Shown here: positions 1-8,474 of the stretch, piece by piece
Position numbering within the stretch: the stretch's first letter is position 1
Layout: the number at the start of each line of letters is the position of its first letter
Assembly: GCA_963702025.1 (NCBI GenBank)
Contig: OY969699.1
Location: 480,001-544,000, forward strand
Direction of reading: 5' to 3'
Length of the DNA stretch: 64,000 nucleotides
DNA from: an uncultured bacterium
Lineage (GTDB): Bacteria > Babelota > Babeliae > Babelales > Vermiphilaceae
Translations under genes and position numbers: made by a program
Notes under the pieces: model-generated
What the model was told of the DNA's origin: nothing
What the model saw: the letters and a program-made list of their open reading frames with translations, nothing else
Database searches by the model: none

Positions 1-39
1 ACAGAGGATTAAAGGGGTTAAAAATTGCATATTTTTCAT
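1..39 (-). CDS. 5' end of a gene running off the window (MKNMQFLTPLILC...), probably a secreted protein
   Basis: ATG at 39-37 with GGAG SD upstream; upstream region is a diverged duplicate of that of the 917-1810 gene. Confidence 0.6.
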   Translation of the reverse strand, partial: MKNMQFLTPLILC

Positions 40-195
40 ATAAAAACTCCATTTTGTTTAAAGTAATACTATTCTATCTCTTATTTTATATAAAAAATTC
101 AAATTGTCAATAATGAATTAGGGTTAAAATTGGGAGGGGTTTAAAGGTGTTTTTGGTTCAAAAGTGGTGATTTTTACCCCTGCGGGGTAGCAGCA

Positions 196-764
196 AACGT
201 GGGAATGTTTTCGCAAAATTATTTTAAACTGGAGGGATTCTTGTGAACCCCTCCAGACCACCGCACACTAAAGGGGGAGCCCTTTAGAATCCCCTATGCG
301 CTAAACTCATCAACTCATCTCCCTTCGGGAGCTGCGTCGGTTCATACATATAGCGCAATCAGATCTAAACGTTTTATACATTAACTGTACGTAGAGCCCG
401 CAACGATCCCCTCGACTTCGCTCGGGACTAAAGGCAAGCCGGGGCGCGAAAGCGCCCGAGCGGGCTCAGTTATTTTTTCTCTTGATCTCAATTGTGCTAA
501 CTCAGGAAGTTTTTTAATAATGTTCTTTTGCTAGGGGTTTGGGGTCCCCCTCCAGCAAAAGCTATTTCCTTAGCATTCAAATGGTAGGGGTTAAATTCCA
601 ACCTAGGCGGTACCGAGCTCGAATAGGCGAAGCCTATGAGTGGCGAGAGGTTGCCATGTCCGCTGAAAGCGGCATGTGCAGCCGTGATGAGCGCCGTCGG
701 GATTCCTAAGGTGCCCCTTAGGTGAATGGGGGTGTGGGGGTATTTTCAAGAATACCACCACGTT
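196..764. repeat. Large structured non-coding element, copy 1 (MITE-like element or structured RNA/ssDNA)
   Basis: Near-identical to 1968-2572; bounded by inverted AACGTGG/CCACGTT; about 10 GC-rich hairpins; no credible ORF. Confidence 0.85.
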
Positions 765-905
765 TTATTGCTGTACAAGAGGGATTTCGTCTTCAACTGC
801 AGTAATAAATTGTTTATCAAGTTCTTGCGGAATTTGCATGGCATAGGTTGTTGCAATCAATGAGCTGATTGCGCAAAGTGTGATTATTGTTTTTATATTT
901 TTCAT
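765..905 (-). pseudogene. 46-aa truncated/chimeric secreted ankyrin-type ORF (MKNIKTIITLCAISSLIATTYAMQIPQELDKQFITAVEDEIPLVQQ)
   Basis: Manual translation; GGAGA SD; signal peptide ending YA-MQ; last 28 nt match the rnhB 3' region. Confidence 0.6.
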
Positions 906-916
906 AGTTTTCTCCA

Positions 917-1810
917 TTATGAAATTGAACAGTTTTGTTCATTATTTTTCTTATTGTTTTTTGTTACTTTAATCGTATGTTTTCCAGTTACAATTAATTC
1001 CGTGTCCTCTTCTTGTAATGCCCTCAGCGGTGATCGTTTTGTCAATTCATTCTTAATAACGGCTTTTATCGATGGATTAATAGTTCGATCCTTAAGTATT
1101 TCTAATGCCGCTTCATCTGTAACACTCTTGCAATGAAGATACGGGGCAAGCATGTCAAAAAGATCTTTATGCAATAATGCAAAGTATGTTTTGTCTGCTT
1201 GCAGTTCAGCAAGCAGTTTTTTTGATTTTTGCATTGTGGCGGATGAATGATCGCAATGATTCATAAATAATTGTATTAATGCCTCTTTATTTTTTACTGG
1301 AAAAAGTTCATTTTCATCCTTGCCACATGCTTTTTGGAATGCCGTAGCTCTCTTATAGCAATCATCATCCGCATATATCTTGTAGCAATGCTCCGCGTTA
1401 ACGTCCACGGCGGGGTGATCAAGCAGAAGCTTTACTATTTCTATGTTCTCAACTCGTGTCGCAGTCTCACCAAATGGTATAATCCGGAGCCAGTTGTTGG
1501 CAATTGCGCGATGAAGTGGTGTGCCATAAGAATCTTTTAAGTTTACATCAATGTGGGGATGAGCAAGTAAAAGTTTTATGATTTCTATGTTTTTGTTATA
1601 CACTGCCCAATGGATCGGGGTCCACTTGTCAACATCTTGTATGTTCACATTTATATCTTTATTTTGGAGCAGCGTGGCAACCTGCGCTGCATTATCTTGT
1701 TGTGCTGCTTGCAACAATTGTTGATTGAGATGCTCTATGGGCATTTCCATGCCCTGTGTTGTGCCGCCAAAGGCGAGCGCACAAGCGATCATTAGTATTT
1801 TACTTTTCAT
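917..1810 (-). CDS. Secreted ankyrin-repeat protein
   Basis: Signal peptide; WTPIHWA and GTPLHRA ankyrin repeats; start placed at MKSKIL after GGAG. Confidence 0.9.
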   Translation of the reverse strand: MKSKILMIACALAFGGTTQGMEMPIEHLNQQLLQAAQQDNAAQVATLLQNKDINVNIQDVDKWTPIHWAVYNKNIEIIKLLLAHPHIDVNLKDSYGTPLHRAIANNWLRIIPFGETATRVENIEIVKLLLDHPAVDVNAEHCYKIYADDDCYKRATAFQKACGKDENELFPVKNKEALIQLFMNHCDHSSATMQKSKKLLAELQADKTYFALLHKDLFDMLAPYLHCKSVTDEAALEILKDRTINPSIKAVIKNELTKRSPLRALQEEDTELIVTGKHTIKVTKNNKKNNEQNCSIS

Positions 1811-1967
1811 ATAAAACTCCATTTTGGGCTTAAAATAACATTGTTCTATCTCTTATTTTATATAGAAAGTGCAAATTGTCAATAATGAAAGAGGGTTAAA
1901 ATTGGGGGGGTTAAAGGTGTTTTTGGAATTAAAAGAGGGTGATTTTCCGCCTTGCAGGGTAGCAGCA

Positions 1968-2572
1968 AACGTGGGAATGTTTTCGCAAAATTATTTTAAA
2001 CTGGAGGGATTCTTGTGAACCCCTCCAGACCACCGCACACTAAAGGGGGAGCCCTTTAGAATCCCCTATGCGCTAAACTCATCAACTCATCTCCCTTCGG
2101 GAGCTGCGTCGGTTCATACATATAGCGCAATCAGATCTAAACGTTTTATACATTAACTGTACGTAGAGCCCGCAACGATCCCCTCGACTTCGCTCGGGAC
2201 TAAAGGCAAGCCGGGGCGCGAAAGCGCCCGAGCGGGCTCAGTTATTTTTTCTTGAAAACATTCTGTTTCTAACTTAGAAACTTTTTCATGAATATATAGA
2301 AAATAGATTGCCACACATTTTTTTAATAATGTTCTTTTGCTAGGGGTTTGGGGTCCCCTCCAGCAAAAGCTATTTCCTTAGCATTCAAATGGTAGGGGTT
2401 AAATTCCAACCTAGGCGGTACCGAGCTCGAATAGGCGAAGCCTATGAGTGGCGAGAGGTTGTCATGTCCGCTGAAAGCGGCATGTGCAGCCGTGATGAGC
2501 GCCGTCGGGATTCCTAAGATGCCCCTTAGGTGAATGGGGGTGTGGGGGTATTTTCAAGAATACCACCACGTT
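1968..2572. repeat. Large structured non-coding element, copy 2
   Basis: Left arm identical to copy 1; right arm has 3 differences; central AT-rich spacer differs in length and sequence. Confidence 0.85.
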
Positions 2573-2600
2573 GCTGGCCCTCGGCAGTAAAAAGTAACTG

Positions 2601-3368
2601 CTAGCCACAGAAAGTAATGTTTTCAAAGTGTATAACTTTGGGCATACTCTTCTCTTTTTCTTCAATGGTTTTGGCCAGCCATTTTTGTGCGTCCGGTTCC
2701 ATGGGAAGATAGGTGAGCCGTTTTAACAAGAGTAAAAGATATGCCGGTTCGGGAGGAAATGACATTTTTCCAAATTCAAAAGCACCCGGTTCAGTATCTA
2801 TAAAATAGGCAATGCCTTGCGCGGTGTTCACAATGTTTTTATCATGAACATCAAAATATCCTGTTTTTTGGATAATAATAACCAGTTGCTGTATCTGTTG
2901 TAAAGAAAAAGGAGCATTGGCAACAATAATTTTTGGTTCGACCGCATAGTCATTTGCTTGCTGATCAATATATGCTTTTTTTATCGGTATTTTTACTGCA
3001 TCGCAATGATATTCATCGGCGCATTGCTGAATCGCCAAAGCACCAATGAGGCGCGCTGCGCCATGCTTTTTAATAATATGTTCGGGAAGGGCAGAAGATT
3101 CATAGATATTTTTTGCCAGTTTTTTTACGGTGCCGTTATCAATGTTTTTTTGTAGAGCTTCTTTGTTAAAAAGATCATCAAGTGTTACAGCAACTTCCGG
3201 GCTCACGGTATGATTTTTTACTATTTCTTCCAACGAAATTTGGTCACTAAAAGTTGCATACCAGTATTTGCCATCATATTCTTGCTCCATTGCCTGGCTT
3301 TGGCCGGCAAAGAGAATGGCTAAGGATGCCAGCGAAATTTTGAGTATACTTTTAATTATTCTAACCAT
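2601..3368 (-). CDS. Secreted atypical protein-kinase-like protein (paralog 1)
   Basis: Signal peptide; GYFDVHDKN...YFIDTE resembles a kinase catalytic loop and Mg-binding Asp. Confidence 0.6.
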   Translation of the reverse strand: MVRIIKSILKISLASLAILFAGQSQAMEQEYDGKYWYATFSDQISLEEIVKNHTVSPEVAVTLDDLFNKEALQKNIDNGTVKKLAKNIYESSALPEHIIKKHGAARLIGALAIQQCADEYHCDAVKIPIKKAYIDQQANDYAVEPKIIVANAPFSLQQIQQLVIIIQKTGYFDVHDKNIVNTAQGIAYFIDTEPGAFEFGKMSFPPEPAYLLLLLKRLTYLPMEPDAQKWLAKTIEEKEKSMPKVIHFENITFCG

Positions 3369-3385
3369 TGTAGCATGCATATTTT

Positions 3386-4190
3386 TTAAATAATCATGCA
3401 ATTTAATGAACTATTCTGAGTTTTTTCTGTTGATGGTGACGGTTCAATTCTTGTTGATAATTGTGATTGTAATAATTTTTGTTGCCACTTGTTGATTTTT
3501 TTATCGAGCCATGAACATGCGTCTACCGTTAAAGAGCCATCGAGTCTTCTTAAAATGGTTAATGCATTTATAAGACTTTTTAGATGAAAAAATTTTGGAG
3601 GAAAAATTGGATTTTCAGAAAATGATCTTTGCTCAGTATCAATGATATAGGCAATGCCATCTGCAGTATTTAAAATATTTTTTACGGGACCAATCGGTGT
3701 ATCCGGTTTTTATGGTTATTTTATAAAATTGTTTTACTTGTATTTTTGAAAATGGTTCATCTACTGATTCAATTTTAGGAACAATGGTATACCAATTCCC
3801 CGAAGCATCTTGATATACTTTTTTAATCGATGTTTTTACTGCGTCGTAATGATTCTCATCTGCGCATTGTTGAATTGCTAAAGATCCAATAACACGATCG
3901 AAACCTATTTTTATGATAGTGTTTGCAGGTGTTAAAAGTTCATAAATTCCTCTTGGGGCTAATTGTTTAAGTTTGCCGGCTAAAAGATCTTGTTTATATG
4001 TTTCATTAATTTCTTTTTCAACTTCCGGACTTACTTTATGATTCTTTATTATCTCATCCAAAGGCATTTGGTTGCTAAAATTGGCATACCAATATTTGCC
4101 CTTTAGCTCCATTGCGTGGCTTTGGCCGGCACAGAGAATGGCGAATAATGCCAGCGAAATTTTGAGCATATTTTTAAATAGTTTAGACAT
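3386..4190 (-). pseudogene. Kinase-like paralog 2, frameshifted at an A6 run (3678-3683)
   Basis: Removing one A restores DWSRKNILNTADGIAYIIDTE, colinear with the paralogs, to a stop at 3386. Confidence 0.75.
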
Positions 4191-4206
4191 TGCAATCTCC
4201 ATTTAT

Positions 4207-4965
4207 TTATCTTTTTAACGTTGTATATATTAATAAAACAGCGGGCACTATTAAGCTAAGAATCTGAGTAGTATTTTTGAATAGCGCGGGATATTTTTTG
4301 CCTGGATTTTCTATGTTAAGAACATGAAGTATTTTTGATCCGTCGCAAATTTGATTATGCAATCCAAAAAGCTGTTCGATATCATAATATGCACATAAAA
4401 TAATCATTACTTGAATGAAAGGATTTTGATCCTTATTTAACAATGGTCTTTGAAAGCCATTTAGTAGGATATTTGAAAAAGCATTATTATTTGATGAGAT
4501 ATATTCATTGAGAATATTATTTGTTTTTAATAAGCAATAGCAGCTTGCTAATCCAAAAAGTGGCCCCATTAGAAGCGTAAGCACAAGCCGTGATGCGTAA
4601 TTTTTATCATATGTATATTTATTAATGCTGCCAATTTGAGTGGAAAAGCATGTGTCGCCTTTCATTGGAAAAGCCAAAGGATTCTTCCATGGCGCTTTTA
4701 GAGGAATATTGATTTTAATATCTTTTACATTTAATAAAAGTTTCGCGGTCAATGCGTGGCCACATTCATGGCTTAATGTACTCAAATAAGCGGTTGCGTA
4801 GATCTGTGCATAAGTTAAGCCGCTTTTGGCTAAAAAACCAAGAGCTTTTGATAGGGCTGTTGATTCTTTTTGCATTGCATAGCTTGGCATACCTATATTG
4901 CTCATCAAAAGGAGAAGCAAAGTCAAATACGGAACTTTTTGTAATTTTTTAATTATTTTAGACAT
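4207..4965 (-). CDS. Membrane zinc metalloprotease, M50-like
   Basis: HECGH motif in a hydrophobic helix; later MGP and CDG motifs. Confidence 0.7.
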   Translation of the reverse strand: MSKIIKKLQKVPYLTLLLLLMSNIGMPSYAMQKESTALSKALGFLAKSGLTYAQIYATAYLSTLSHECGHALTAKLLLNVKDIKINIPLKAPWKNPLAFPMKGDTCFSTQIGSINKYTYDKNYASRLVLTLLMGPLFGLASCYCLLKTNNILNEYISSNNNAFSNILLNGFQRPLLNKDQNPFIQVMIILCAYYDIEQLFGLHNQICDGSKILHVLNIENPGKKYPALFKNTTQILSLIVPAVLLIYTTLKR

Positions 4966-4977
4966 TGCACTCTTCAT

Positions 4978-5736
4978 TTATAATTTTGCCAGCATAAGTT
5001 TTTTCTCTTTAATTCTTTGCTCGAGCCATTTTCTTGCATCATTTTCCATAGACAGCCTAGACAGTCTCTTGAGATTGAATGAATGCGTACATGATGCAGT
5101 TTTGGTTTCCTTTGGATCAACTGTACAATAGTCAAAAGAACGTGGTTCGGTATCGAGGATGTAGGCAATTCTTTGTACCGAATTGACAATGTTTTCATTA
5201 TGACCATCGGCATAGCCAGTTTTTTCAATAACAATACAGAGCTGTTTGATTTGTTTAAGTGAAAACGGATCTGAGACGATAGAAACTTTTGGTTCGACCA
5301 CATACCCGATTCCTTGTTCATCAATGTATGCTTTTTTTATCGGTGTTTTTACTGCATCGCAATTAAATTCAGCTGCGCATTGCTGGATTGCTAAGGCGCC
5401 AATGATTCTATCAGCGCCATATTTAATGACAGTATTAGGAAGTCTGTAAGATTCGTATACCTTATTGTTATCGTACAACAATCTTTTCAAGCTGCCGTTT
5501 GCAATATTTTTTGTATAATTAGTTCCAGCAAAAAGATCATTGATTATCATTTCAACTTCCAGACTCACTTTATATTTTTTTAATATCTCTTCAAACGGCA
5601 TCTGTTTTCTAAAATTTGTATACCAGTATTTGCCAGCGCATTCTTGTTCCATTGGCTGGCTTTGGCCGGCAAAGAGAATGGCTAATGATGCCAGCGAAAT
5701 TAGTGCATTTTTAACTATTGGCATTGAAATCCTCAT
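4978..5736 (-). CDS. Secreted atypical protein-kinase-like protein (paralog 3)
   Basis: Same signal peptide; GYADGHNEN...YILDTE. Confidence 0.6.
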   Translation of the reverse strand: MRISMPIVKNALISLASLAILFAGQSQPMEQECAGKYWYTNFRKQMPFEEILKKYKVSLEVEMIINDLFAGTNYTKNIANGSLKRLLYDNNKVYESYRLPNTVIKYGADRIIGALAIQQCAAEFNCDAVKTPIKKAYIDEQGIGYVVEPKVSIVSDPFSLKQIKQLCIVIEKTGYADGHNENIVNSVQRIAYILDTEPRSFDYCTVDPKETKTASCTHSFNLKRLSRLSMENDARKWLEQRIKEKKLMLAKL

Positions 5737-5822
5737 TTTTTATACAAATTAGACTATTAGCTACATTCTTGAATTTAGCAGGAATTGGGGCCTTGTCAAT
5801 TTTTTTATTCCAATTTGTAAAT

Positions 5823-6611
5823 TTAATAGGCTGATGAACCTATAACGTGTTCAATCTTATCATGTGGCTCACTTGGTGCATCAGGGGCGGCCAGCAGATT
5901 TTGCTGGCCAAGAGGGATTTCGTCTTCAGTTTCAGAGGTTTGCAGGGATTCCAGGCGGGCAAGATAGGTGTCTCGATGAATAATCAAGTGTTGGCCGCTT
6001 TCGCGAATAATGCGTTTATGAGGGGGCGTGCTATACCCCTTGTGGGAGGCAAGCAAATAACCGGGAAATAGGGCGTCCATTCTGCGCATCATCGCATCGC
6101 GCGTTACTTTGGCCACAATTGAGGCGGCTGCAATAGTGCTTGATCGGCGCTCGCCAAAGGGAAAATAATGGACCGGAATATCGTTAAATGAGGTGTCTGC
6201 CAGGTTCAAGGGCATAGCATCGGTAATGATGGCGCTTGGCTTTTGAGGGGCGGTTGCCAGCAGGTGAACCAGTGCCTTTTTCATAGCGATTAGGGTGGCG
6301 TGCCAGACATTGCGAGAATCGATGGTGCGATGATGGACTATACCTATGCTGTATTGGCAGTTTTTCTGAATCCAGGTAAAGGCTTTAATCCGTTCCTCAG
6401 GGGTCATGAGCTTGGAATCTTTGAGCAATCGATGGGTTTTGCCGGGAGGCAAAATCACCGCAGCAGTGACAACAGGGCCTGCCAAACAGCCCCTGCCCAC
6501 TTCATCAAGCCCACAGATAAGTTGATTCTGCGCCCAGGCTTGTTCTTCAAAATAATTCTTATTGAAACGTTGGCGAACCTTAGTGATCCTGCCAGTTGTT
6601 TCTGAAATCAT
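5823..6611 (-). CDS. rnhB: Ribonuclease HII
   Basis: GLDEVGRGCLAGPV, DSK, AAASIVAKVTRD, HKGY motifs. Confidence 0.95.
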   Translation of the reverse strand: MISETTGRITKVRQRFNKNYFEEQAWAQNQLICGLDEVGRGCLAGPVVTAAVILPPGKTHRLLKDSKLMTPEERIKAFTWIQKNCQYSIGIVHHRTIDSRNVWHATLIAMKKALVHLLATAPQKPSAIITDAMPLNLADTSFNDIPVHYFPFGERRSSTIAAASIVAKVTRDAMMRRMDALFPGYLLASHKGYSTPPHKRIIRESGQHLIIHRDTYLARLESLQTSETEDEIPLGQQNLLAAPDAPSEPHDKIEHVIGSSAY

Positions 6612-6621
6612 ACTTTCCCAT

Positions 6622-6649
6622 TTGACAAGTCGAAATTAATGTGTACTAT
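6622..6649 (+). promoter_or_regulatory. sigma70-type promoter of the XRE/S24 regulator
   Basis: TTGACA-16 nt-TACTAT; palindrome TTAACTAGTTAA just downstream. Confidence 0.55.
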
Positions 6650-6711
6650 TAGTATTAATAGCAGTATTTAACTAGTTAATAATAATACTATGATAACAGG
6701 AGGAGCACAGT

Positions 6712-7389
6712 ATGTCATCAAGATCTACTGAACTACGCGTAAAAGAGCTTTTACGAGAAAAAGGGTGGACAACCAAAACGCTTGCTGAAAAAACAGGCAT
6801 GTCGGAAAGTTATCTAACCCATATTAAAAATGGTACTCGTCGTTGGAACGAAGATTCGTTAAGGAAACTTGCCAATGCATTTGAAATCAGTCCAATCGAT
6901 CTGTTTGCGCAACGTCGCAAAAGAACCGATAACATTGATAGCAATGTGAGTATGCCAGAAAAATCGGATGTCGAACTTAAGGTGCAAGTGGTGCCAGTAG
7001 TTGGCGACATTCCGTCAAACCCATCACCTTATAATAACCAATTAATGCAAATTACCACCGGTTATAAAGATATTTTTATCCCGGTTCTCAATACCACCGA
7101 TAATTCAATGTTCTCATTGTGCATTGATCACAACTTGATGGCCCCAACCTTTGTGAAGGGCGATTGTTTGATCATATCCCCAGAAACATGGGCACGCTCA
7201 GGTGATATTGCTGCTGTTGAATATGGCAACGATACCCCAATTCGTGGCATTGTTCAGGTTACCTACACTGATGATTTTATCGTTATTGAATCGGTAAACC
7301 ATAAATCTCCGCCAATAGCATTGGTTCGTGGCAAGGATCATTTTAGAATCATTGGTCGCGTTATTGAGCGCCATCAAAGACTCGCCTAA
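6712..7389 (+). CDS. XRE-family HTH regulator with degenerate S24 (LexA/CI-like) domain
   Basis: LAEKTGMSESYLTHIKNG HTH; VPVVG...MAPTFVKGD...IIGRVI S24-like C-terminus. Confidence 0.85.
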   Translation: MSSRSTELRVKELLREKGWTTKTLAEKTGMSESYLTHIKNGTRRWNEDSLRKLANAFEISPIDLFAQRRKRTDNIDSNVSMPEKSDVELKVQVVPVVGDIPSNPSPYNNQLMQITTGYKDIFIPVLNTTDNSMFSLCIDHNLMAPTFVKGDCLIISPETWARSGDIAAVEYGNDTPIRGIVQVTYTDDFIVIESVNHKSPPIALVRGKDHFRIIGRVIERHQRLA

Positions 7390-7392
7390 TCA

Positions 7393-7435
7393 CCATTCAT
7401 GGTGAGTGATTGCGATAGCAATCTTATCGAACCAT
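7393..7435 (+). repeat. REP-like palindromic repeat
   Basis: CCATTCATGGTGAG-hairpin-ATCGAACCAT; same family as 17935 and 27779. Confidence 0.8.
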
Positions 7436-7442
7436 AAAAATT

Positions 7443-7490
7443 AAAGTACCAGAAAGCTGGATTTTTCCAGTATTTCTGGTACTTTTTTTA
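7443..7490 (+). terminator. Rho-independent terminator
   Basis: AAAGTACCAGAAA...TTTCTGGTACTTT followed by a T-tract. Confidence 0.7.
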
Positions 7491-7566
7491 TATTAACTAA
7501 ATAAAACAGCATGGTGTTGTTTTATAGTGTAAAAACACTTCCATTTAGTTCCTAAAGGGCTTATGT

Positions 7567-7995
7567 ATGTCAAAACGTTACGAAGCATTAATGCTTACAG
7601 TTCCTGAAATTACTGCCGACGAAACCAAATCGATCGAGCAGCAATTTGATCGCGTTGTCGCTGATCATAAAGGTTCTATTATCTCATTTGAACGCTGGGG
7701 CAAATATCGCTTGGCGTATCCGGTTAAAAACAATGATTATGGTGTCTATTTCCTGGCACGCTTTGAAAGCGCTGCGCCACAAACCATCATTGAAGATGTA
7801 AAAAATCTACTCAACGTTAAGCTTCATGAAGTAATTATGCGTTCCATAATTGCCAAGATTGAAGATGGTCAATCGCTTGTTTATCAGCGCCCTCAATCTC
7901 TTGAAGAAGCGCCGGCGCGAGAAGTTGGCTCTTTCTTGAAAGAAAGCAAAGCTGACATGATGCATGATTCTGATGATATGGCCAACCAAGACTAA
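7567..7995 (+). CDS. rpsF: 30S ribosomal protein S6
   Basis: RYEALM...WGKYRLAYPV...GVY. Confidence 0.95.
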   Translation: MSKRYEALMLTVPEITADETKSIEQQFDRVVADHKGSIISFERWGKYRLAYPVKNNDYGVYFLARFESAAPQTIIEDVKNLLNVKLHEVIMRSIIAKIEDGQSLVYQRPQSLEEAPAREVGSFLKESKADMMHDSDDMANQD

Positions 7996-8004
7996 GGATA
8001 CCCC

Positions 8005-8292
8005 ATGACAAAGAAAATCAAACTTAAAATAAATGCCCGTTTACTCAAAAAAAGATTCCGCAAACAGGGCTTTGGCGGCAAAAAACATTGCAGATTTTGT
8101 AATACCAATGAACAATCTGTTTTGCTCGATTACAAAAATAGTACATTTTTAAAGAGTTTTTTAACCGAGCGTGGTAAAATTTTACCGGCACGAATTTCGG
8201 GTAATTGCAGCCTGCATCAGCGTGCGCTTGCTCGTGATATTAGAAAGTCTCGCGTAATGGCATTGTTGCCGTATTCAGCGGGTCATTTCTAG
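8005..8292 (+). CDS. rpsR: 30S ribosomal protein S18 (Zn-binding form)
   Basis: CRFC, DYKN, FLTERGKILPARISGNC..HQR. Confidence 0.95.
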   Translation: MTKKIKLKINARLLKKRFRKQGFGGKKHCRFCNTNEQSVLLDYKNSTFLKSFLTERGKILPARISGNCSLHQRALARDIRKSRVMALLPYSAGHF

Positions 8293-8327
8293 TCCTTCGC
8301 ATTTCATCCGAAAATTATTATAAATAA

Positions 8328-8357
8328 AGGCGGCAGGGTTCAAATCCTGCCGCTCTT
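8328..8357 (+). terminator. Terminator-like hairpin after rpsR
   Basis: GCGGCAGG/CCTGCCGC stem. Confidence 0.55.
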
Positions 8358-8360
8358 ATC

Positions 8361-8388
8361 TTGACAAATAGAATTTTTGTGTTAATTT
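8361..8388 (+). promoter_or_regulatory. sigma70-type promoter of typA
   Basis: TTGACA ... TG-T-TAATTT extended -10. Confidence 0.5.
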
Positions 8389-8424
8389 TAGATTATGAAA
8401 ATAAAATATATTAATTTAATTAAT

Positions 8425-8465
8425 CCGCGTCATCCTGAGGAATGCCGAAGGCATGTCACGAAGGG
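8425..8465 (+). repeat. REP-like palindromic repeat in the typA leader
   Basis: CGTCATCCTGAG-GA-ATGCC GAA GGCAT-GTCACGAAGGG. Confidence 0.75.
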
Positions 8466-8474
8466 GGAAAAGCC

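Noticed and set aside
196..2572. Large element as a group II intron, hammerhead, tmRNA or RNase P RNA
   Set aside because: No GUGCG start or domain V; TGATGAG motifs lack the CUGAUGA...GAAA core geometry; no tRNA-like ends or RNase P consensus seen by eye. An Rfam scan is still needed.
2462..2665. 67-aa ORF overlapping the element
   Set aside because: Runs through GC-rich hairpins and overlaps a real gene; no homology cues.
7996..8004. Absence of ssb between rpsF and rpsR
   Set aside because: Common variation in this operon; not informative alone.
8442..8474. N-terminal extensions of typA (and of GIY-YIG at 10390)
   Set aside because: The upstream ATGs lie inside REP repeats; better starts follow.
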